Assembly (NCBI GenBank): GCA_029838215.1
Contig: JALGVI010000082.1
Location: forward strand, 1 to 13,122
DNA length: 13,122 bases
Reading direction: 5' to 3'
Origin: Candidatus Helarchaeota archaeon
Lineage (GTDB): Archaea > Asgardarchaeota > Lokiarchaeia > Helarchaeales > RDOG01
Shown here: positions 7,696 to 13,122 of the stretch, one piece after another
Position numbering within the stretch: position 1 is the first letter of the stretch
How the letters are laid out: each line of letters begins with the position of its first letter
Program-made: the position numbers and the translations under genes
Notes under the pieces: generated by a model
What the model was told of the DNA's origin: nothing
Databases searched by the model: none
Seen by the model: only the letters and a program-made list of their open reading frames with translations

Positions 7696-7884
7696 TTAAA
7701 TCTCCTTTATTTCTTCTATTGAAATTTTTCTACGTGGAACTCGATGTTGGCTTCCAACCACGGAGTAGACCTGTTCGATGACATCTTCCTTCTTAACTCC
7801 TTTTAATTGAAATTGGAATGGTTGACGTCCTCTCTTACCTTTAAAATACCCGACTACTTGAAAATTTTTTACCGTTACCGTCAT
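7696..7884 (-). CDS. rplX: 50S ribosomal protein LX (L18a/eL20)
   Basis: From ATG 7884, 62 aa: FQVVGYF...KKEDVIEQVYSVVGSQHRVPRRKISIEEIKEI matches the archaeal LX pattern and synteny with pfdA. The track's longer start (7944) runs through AT-rich intergenic DNA. Confidence 0.88.
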   Translation of the reverse strand: MTVTVKNFQVVGYFKGKRGRQPFQFQLKGVKKEDVIEQVYSVVGSQHRVPRRKISIEEIKEI

Positions 7885-8007
7885 CTCGTTCGACTCCGAA
7901 AATATTGCTTGAATTAAATAAAGTATTTTTATAAAATTTTTCAATTCTCCTTATCAAATTTTTGGATTAAAAAAAAAAGATTAAATTTGGACTCAAGTAA
8001 ATGATAT

Positions 8008-8565
8008 GTGATAGCGATCCGAGAACACGGAATAAAGGCGATAAAATTGAATATTAATGACATACCAGATCACGTTAAACAGAACATAAGTACGGGTGAA
8101 GAAATCATCTCGACATTCATGGGAAACGTAAAATTTGGTAAGAAAAGCTATTCAAAAGTACTGTGCATACTAACAACTGAAAAATTCATGGCCGACACGA
8201 AAAAAGCCCTGGAAAAACTATTTCTTACTAATATCATCTCAACTGAACGGAAGAAAGCAAAAATCACCTTACACGGAATGTTACGGTCGGGTGATGAGTT
8301 AAAAGTCATCATTGAAGTTTTAAAAAATCCCGGTGAAAAGAAAGATGCTTTTAATAGCCGGCTTGAAGAATTTGAGAAAAATTTCGATGTTTTTTCACAA
8401 AGTGCAACTGAAGAACCCAAAGAAGTTGCTTTAAATAACGATAATAAACCCACTCCACAAAGTGGTACAGAAAGTACTCCTGTAAGACGGTTTTGCCCCA
8501 ATTGCGGGTCAAAATTGCCTGAAGGTGGTAAATTCTGCGCGAATTGCGGGACAAAAGTGATGTGA
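8008..8565 (+). CDS. Zinc-ribbon protein with a possible N-terminal PH-like domain
   Basis: C-terminal CPNCGSKLPEGGKFCANCGTK (two CxxC) after a low-complexity linker; EEIISTF...LCILTTEK resembles prokaryotic PH-fold domains (weaker call). Confidence 0.75.
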   Translation: MIAIREHGIKAIKLNINDIPDHVKQNISTGEEIISTFMGNVKFGKKSYSKVLCILTTEKFMADTKKALEKLFLTNIISTERKKAKITLHGMLRSGDELKVIIEVLKNPGEKKDAFNSRLEEFEKNFDVFSQSATEEPKEVALNNDNKPTPQSGTESTPVRRFCPNCGSKLPEGGKFCANCGTKVM

Positions 8566-8574
8566 TGAAAAAAA

Positions 8575-9843
8575 ATGAACATGTATTATAGCAAGATACC
8601 AATAACCCTTGATGATGTAGATGAGTCTTTTACAGTTTTCAATAAAACTTGGAATTATTTACTTAGTCAGGCTCAAAATAATTTAGACTTTGTTTTCGGC
8701 GAGCAAGAAAACCAACTCTCTAATCTTCTCGATTTTCTCAAGGACTGGCATGCATCCCAAAACCGAAAAAAGATTGTATATGCGGCAACAGGTCGTTCAT
8801 TATTTATGGGTGCAAAAATACTGGCGCACAGAATGTCGATGCTGGGTTTTAACATGGATTATCCTCATGCTGAAACCGAAATGTCTGCACCTCCTTCTTC
8901 AAAGATCTCCGAAGGCGACTGTCTCTTTGCCCTGACTTCATCTGGACGAACAAAATCCGTAGTTCAAAAAGCGAATTTTGCACGAACAAAAGATTGCCGA
9001 GTCATCATTTTCACGGCAAATCCAACGTCGAAGGTTACTGAGGGCAATACCGATATCATTTTGAATGTTCCTTCAAATCACAACGCTGATGAACTTAGAA
9101 AAGGCGATAAAAATTATATTTTCACGCCTCTTGGAACCAACTCTGAGTTTACAAACGCCATTTTGGCAGAGACGCTCGGACGCGGTTTAAATGAATTAAT
9201 AAATAACAATCTCAGCATAGACGAATGCTTGAAGATCATGAAAAACTGCTATTCCGAATTAACAACGGTTGGTAAAAAAGATTTAACGCTTTGCGTGCAA
9301 CAATGTGAGCAAGAGATCAAGAATTTTATTGCAAACCTGATATTACACAAATATTCTGAACACACGGTTCACTTGCTTGGGAGAGGGCGGATATTTGACA
9401 TTCAAATAGCTCCTTTTGAAATGCGCCTTCGTCAAATGCCTCAAGGATATATTACATCAATTATAGGATATAGTCCCAAAAATCGTCCTGTAAAAAAAGG
9501 ACAACTTGCCATCATCAGCACCGGCTCGGGTGCCTTGAGCATGACTGCGCGAAATGTAAAGGCATTTGGGGCGTTAGTTGTAGGAATCTCTTCACAAAAG
9601 CCATCTCCTTTTCTGGATCTATGTGACATCAAGATTTACCTTCCCGGTCGTCCCGCTAAAGATGCGAAACCATATGATTACGAATTACGACAATATGAAG
9701 GACGCCATGCTGAATTTGCTCCAAAAGGATCACAATTCGAAATCAACGGAAGTGCCTTTCTTGAAAGCATTTTTGCAGGAATCTGCAAGTATGCTGGCGT
9801 TACGGAACAAGATCTTAAATCGGGACACGCAAACGTTGAATGA
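8575..9843 (+). CDS. Tandem two-domain SIS protein, 6-phospho-3-hexuloisomerase (PHI/HxlB)-like
   Basis: Domain 1: ATGRS, HRMSMLG, EGDCLFALTSSGRT, TPLGTNSE. Domain 2: GRGRI, FEMRLRQ, STGSG, DYELRQYEG, APKGSQFE and C-terminal HANVE, resembling the PHI HANLE end. Confidence 0.82.
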   Translation: MNMYYSKIPITLDDVDESFTVFNKTWNYLLSQAQNNLDFVFGEQENQLSNLLDFLKDWHASQNRKKIVYAATGRSLFMGAKILAHRMSMLGFNMDYPHAETEMSAPPSSKISEGDCLFALTSSGRTKSVVQKANFARTKDCRVIIFTANPTSKVTEGNTDIILNVPSNHNADELRKGDKNYIFTPLGTNSEFTNAILAETLGRGLNELINNNLSIDECLKIMKNCYSELTTVGKKDLTLCVQQCEQEIKNFIANLILHKYSEHTVHLLGRGRIFDIQIAPFEMRLRQMPQGYITSIIGYSPKNRPVKKGQLAIISTGSGALSMTARNVKAFGALVVGISSQKPSPFLDLCDIKIYLPGRPAKDAKPYDYELRQYEGRHAEFAPKGSQFEINGSAFLESIFAGICKYAGVTEQDLKSGHANVE

Positions 9844-9851
9844 TTCATTCC

Positions 9852-9881
9852 TTTTTTTTCTCATCCATTTTGATTTTTTTT
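9852..9881 (+). terminator. Archaeal-type oligo-T terminator region
   Basis: Two T8 runs (9852-9859, 9874-9881) just after the SIS gene stop. Confidence 0.5.
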
Positions 9882-9915
9882 CATTCTCAAGGGAAAATCG
9901 TTTTCTTCAAGTGAA

Positions 9916-9925
9916 TTTATTTAAA
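9916..9925 (+). promoter_or_regulatory. Putative TATA box for the crotonase gene
   Basis: TTTATTTAAA ending 23 nt before ATG 9949, spacing consistent with a leaderless archaeal transcript. Confidence 0.4.
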
Positions 9926-9948
9926 CAAGTTATGTACATATTTTCTTT

Positions 9949-10803
9949 ATGTATCAAAATAACGAACCATCAAGTTTCAAAGATTTAATCTTTGAAGAAA
10001 AGGATTTAGTGGCATGGATCACGTTAAATCGTCCAAAAACCATGAATTCCTTGAGCATGCGTCTTTCTGATGAAATCGTAAAAGCCATTGAATTGGTCAG
10101 GCAAACTACAAAAATTAAATTTCTCGTTATCAAAGGAGCTGGTAATAATTTCTGTGTCGGAGACGACATTAAAGAAATGATGAAATGGGGAGATGCAAAC
10201 GAAATCACGCGTCGCGTGCGATATTATCAAAATATGGCAAATCAATTGGAAGAATTAGATAAAATAACAATAGCTGCAGTGGATGGATATGCTGTTGGTG
10301 GAGGATTAGAAATCACGATGGCGTGTGATTTCGTAATTGCGACAGAACGCGCAAAATGGGGAATGCCCGAAGTCGATGTGGGAATCACGCCCGGCTGGGG
10401 AGGAACCACGCGTTTATCTCGTCTGATTGGTCGACGTAGAGCTAAGGAAATTAATCTGATAGGGGCATTACACACGGCACAACGGGCGGTTGAATGGAAT
10501 CTATGGAATCGAGTTGTTCCGAATGATCAACTAGATGCTGAAGTCGAGAAACTTTTGGAAGTACTTCGTTCAAAAAACCAACAAGGAATGCGGCAATTAA
10601 AATTCATAATAAATCGTGGTGTTGAATGTGATTTGTACACCGCTCAAGGATTTGAGGTTCTCTCTGCAGGCTTGACGGGGGCAGTAAGCGGCATGTGGAA
10701 AATAAAAGACGCCGATCGAGGCAAAGGAATACTAAACTTCATGGATAAGGACAGTATTTGGCAAACTCGAAGACGACTGGCCAAAAACTTTTGGACTGAT
10801 TAA
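9949..10803 (+). CDS. Enoyl-CoA hydratase/isomerase (crotonase) family protein
   Basis: WITLNRP, FCVGDD, IAAVDGYAVGGGLE, MPEVDVGITPGWGGT; both canonical catalytic glutamates present. Confidence 0.93.
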   Translation: MYQNNEPSSFKDLIFEEKDLVAWITLNRPKTMNSLSMRLSDEIVKAIELVRQTTKIKFLVIKGAGNNFCVGDDIKEMMKWGDANEITRRVRYYQNMANQLEELDKITIAAVDGYAVGGGLEITMACDFVIATERAKWGMPEVDVGITPGWGGTTRLSRLIGRRRAKEINLIGALHTAQRAVEWNLWNRVVPNDQLDAEVEKLLEVLRSKNQQGMRQLKFIINRGVECDLYTAQGFEVLSAGLTGAVSGMWKIKDADRGKGILNFMDKDSIWQTRRRLAKNFWTD

Positions 10804-10863
10804 CGAATATCGAAAATTCTTCACAAACAACATTCAACATATCTTTTTTTGAGCGGTTGTAAA

Positions 10864-12375
10864 TCATGTTTCGGCTTGAAATCTGTAAATCATTCCTGTA
10901 ATCGCGGATCTTAGAAATGGCAAGACTAGTTCCGGAGACTTCATCCATGGATTAAGTAGGAGTTTATTTGATATCGGTAATAGATGTTGATTTGGATCTC
11001 CATCACGCAATCCTTTGATGATTTTTCCAACTAGCATGTCCGGAGTGAAGACATTTACGATATTTCCTCTCAGAATCGTTTCTTTGTTGGCAAGTAAATC
11101 ATTTGATAATGATTTGGTGCGAACTGTTGCATTTAATGCGATGTTCGTGCTAACGGCTCCCGGATAGACTGTGGTGACTCCAATTCCGTGTTTTTCAACT
11201 TCCATTCTCAAGATGTTTGAATAGAAACGAATCCCACGTTTTGCGGCATTATACGGTGAGAGCATTGGTAATGGACATCGTGCATCGATTGAAGCAATGT
11301 TAATCACGTGTCCAGATTGTTTTCCAAGCATTCTTGGCAGAAATTTCTCCACCAGATAAATTGGTGCCATCAAATTTATGTCCAAAGTCTTTTTAAAATC
11401 TTCCAGGCTGAGATCACGGAGAATTCCGGAGATGGCAATACCCGCATTGTTGATCAGCATGTCAATATTTCCGAAGCGATCAATGACTTGCTTGCTTGCA
11501 TCGTCAATTGCATTTCGATCTCGTAGATCCAGCTGAATTGCCGTGCTTTCTTGACCACGAGAAGCAATTATTGAATGAACGTGTTTTAATTCTCGAGTAT
11601 TTATATCTAATAAAACCGTGCTTGCACCAGCCTTGCTAAAAGCATTAGCGAATGCCCTACCGATTCCTGACGCGGCACCCGTTATTAAAATTATCTTATT
11701 TTTAAACTCTTTAGGTCTGAGTTTCAATTTCTGACGTTTTATTTTTTGAACGGACTTCGTATTTAACAAGATTTGACCATTTCGTTTGAGTGCCTTGAAA
11801 ATGCTTTTAATAATATTTGCCTGTTTTTGTTTTACTTCTAATTTTACTTGTTTTGAGCCGAACGAGTTTATCATTTGAGAATTAAGGAGGGGTTGGTGTA
11901 GTATTGAAATGCATGTATTGAACTCGCTTGCTTCTAGGGCGAATGTTTCAAACAAGCCGCTCAAAGCACCTGCAATGGTGCAGCCGGGAGCATGGGACGG
12001 GAAGCCTTCAAAACCGGCACTTGAATGGACGAGCATGATCCGTCCTCTTCTTGCAAGCATCATGTGAGGATAAACCGCATAAAGAGCGTTTAGAATTTTC
12101 CAAAGTTCCTTCAGATTCTCATCAAAAACCGAAATTGGCGTTGATTTGATCGGACCTGTTGCTTTGATCGGTGGACAAAATATGAGAAGAACGTCTATCG
12201 TTCCCGTTTTTCGTGCAACTTCATTGACCTCTTTTCTAACAGAAATCAAGTCTTTAGAATTTTCATCATCAAGCAAGATGAGACTAATGCGTTTCTTATC
12301 TGCTGCTTTTTGCAATGCTGGTTCGAGCTCGTGCGGAAGATTTTGAACCAAAATATTCTTCCCTGTAAAATTCAA
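10864..12375 (-). CDS. Two-domain short-chain dehydrogenase: degenerate N-terminal SDR plus intact C-terminal SDR
   Basis: C-domain has TGAASGIG, LLD (acidic end of beta2, NAD preference), NNAGI, Ser and YNAAK. N-domain keeps the SDR pattern (GKNILV, GTIDVLL, GRIMLVHSSAG, ALE) without the Gly-rich motif or YxxxK. TTG start with a G-rich SD-like tract upstream. Confidence 0.88.
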   Translation of the reverse strand: MNFTGKNILVQNLPHELEPALQKAADKKRISLILLDDENSKDLISVRKEVNEVARKTGTIDVLLIFCPPIKATGPIKSTPISVFDENLKELWKILNALYAVYPHMMLARRGRIMLVHSSAGFEGFPSHAPGCTIAGALSGLFETFALEASEFNTCISILHQPLLNSQMINSFGSKQVKLEVKQKQANIIKSIFKALKRNGQILLNTKSVQKIKRQKLKLRPKEFKNKIILITGAASGIGRAFANAFSKAGASTVLLDINTRELKHVHSIIASRGQESTAIQLDLRDRNAIDDASKQVIDRFGNIDMLINNAGIAISGILRDLSLEDFKKTLDINLMAPIYLVEKFLPRMLGKQSGHVINIASIDARCPLPMLSPYNAAKRGIRFYSNILRMEVEKHGIGVTTVYPGAVSTNIALNATVRTKSLSNDLLANKETILRGNIVNVFTPDMLVGKIIKGLRDGDPNQHLLPISNKLLLNPWMKSPELVLPFLRSAITGMIYRFQAET

Positions 12376-12423
12376 AGAAAACCCCCCCTTTCTTCCACCA
12401 ATATAGCAATGAAATTTGAATCA

Positions 12424-13110
12424 TTAAGCTATCTTGTTTAAGTATTTTTTATATTGCTCAATAAATCTGATGTGCATGTTGAAGCATTGAATCATTATTT
12501 TTCCATGACTATCCGGATGAAGCAAGTACGCCAGCCAATTTTTGAGATGATTTTCTCGAGTATAGGGTTCACCCGTGCGTTTCATCAAGTTTTCGATTAC
12601 AGAAATATTTCCAACGATACTTCCGCTAACGGCTTCTAAGAAATTTTTATTTAATTTTGGATTATTGATGAAGAGAAATCCTGCCAAGTCTACATTATAA
12701 GGGTCGATCACGTCTGGTTTGTAATCAAGTTTTTTGATTATGAAGAGCGTTGGTGAGAATATTAGTTTAGAATTATTGCCTCTATAGTACGGGAAGATTT
12801 GTTCATCGTTGTCAACAACGCTGGTAATCCATGGTTGAAATCCGCCTGCAACTTTTGCCAGAGCTACAACTTTTTGGATGGGAAATTCGAATGGCTTTCC
12901 TAAAACGCCAAATTGCTTTCGAATCGGGTGTAATTCGAAAATCTTTTCGTTTTTTTGTTCATCTCTAATTTTTACTTTGACGGTTTCTGCTTCTTTCCAT
13001 TCCGTTTTATATCTGGGAAGGGGTTTCTTATATAATCCGGGTGGAACGTACCCTGTTTCTTTTATAATCTTTTTTAGCTGATGTCTCTCTTCCTTATTTA
13101 ATTTTTCCAA
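12424..13110 (-). CDS. Hypothetical protein, 228 aa, no recognised domain
   Basis: Long open frame with protein-like composition, TTG start immediately after an in-frame TAA, double stop TAA TGA, same strand as and 48 bp upstream of the SDR gene. Confidence 0.7.
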   Translation of the reverse strand: MEKLNKEERHQLKKIIKETGYVPPGLYKKPLPRYKTEWKEAETVKVKIRDEQKNEKIFELHPIRKQFGVLGKPFEFPIQKVVALAKVAGGFQPWITSVVDNDEQIFPYYRGNNSKLIFSPTLFIIKKLDYKPDVIDPYNVDLAGFLFINNPKLNKNFLEAVSGSIVGNISVIENLMKRTGEPYTRENHLKNWLAYLLHPDSHGKIMIQCFNMHIRFIEQYKKYLNKIA

Positions 13111-13122
13111 TTAAATCAACAC

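Noticed and set aside
7885-7944. N-terminal extension of RplX in the ORF track
   Set aside because: AT-rich intergenic sequence; family similarity begins at ATG 7884.
1623-13081. Remaining short track ORFs overlapping the called genes (e.g. 1983..2267, 3603..3923, 6610..6849, 8148..8582, 9623..9988, 12878..13081)
   Set aside because: Antisense or alternate-frame shadows of well-supported genes with no motifs of their own.
1-13122. CRISPR array, tRNA/rRNA, IS element or integrase
   Set aside because: No regularly spaced repeats, cloverleaf-like segments, transposase motifs or terminal repeats seen; intergenic gaps are at most about 260 bp.

Overview
Gene-dense, AT-rich archaeal chromosomal segment. 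It carries archaeal-type eIF6, RplX/L18a, prefoldin alpha, FtsY and DtdA plus two longin-fold proteins, so it is most likely from an Asgard archaeon (inference, no search run). Left to right: (-) ABC-2-type ATPase cut by the window edge (absent from the ORF track, 1..821); (-) PIN/RHH toxin-antitoxin pair with a palindromic operator; (-) NDP-forming acyl-CoA synthetase alpha subunit; (+) longin-domain membrane protein interrupted by one in-frame TAG; (-) a second, convergent longin protein with an amphipathic C-terminal tail; (+) eIF6, inverted relative to (-) rplX-pfdA-ftsY-dtdA; (+) PH-like/zinc-ribbon protein; (+) tandem-duplicated 6-phospho-3-hexuloisomerase-like SIS protein; (+) crotonase-family enzyme; (-) pseudo-SDR/SDR fusion; (-) unrecognised 228-aa protein. 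The most notable signals are the in-frame amber codon at 3499-3501 joining two track ORFs into one 308-aa longin-plus-multipass-membrane protein (recoding or a recent nonsense mutation), two internally duplicated enzymes with asymmetric loss of catalytic motifs, and a non-canonical G4 motif in FtsY. No rRNA, tRNA, CRISPR array or transposase was seen.
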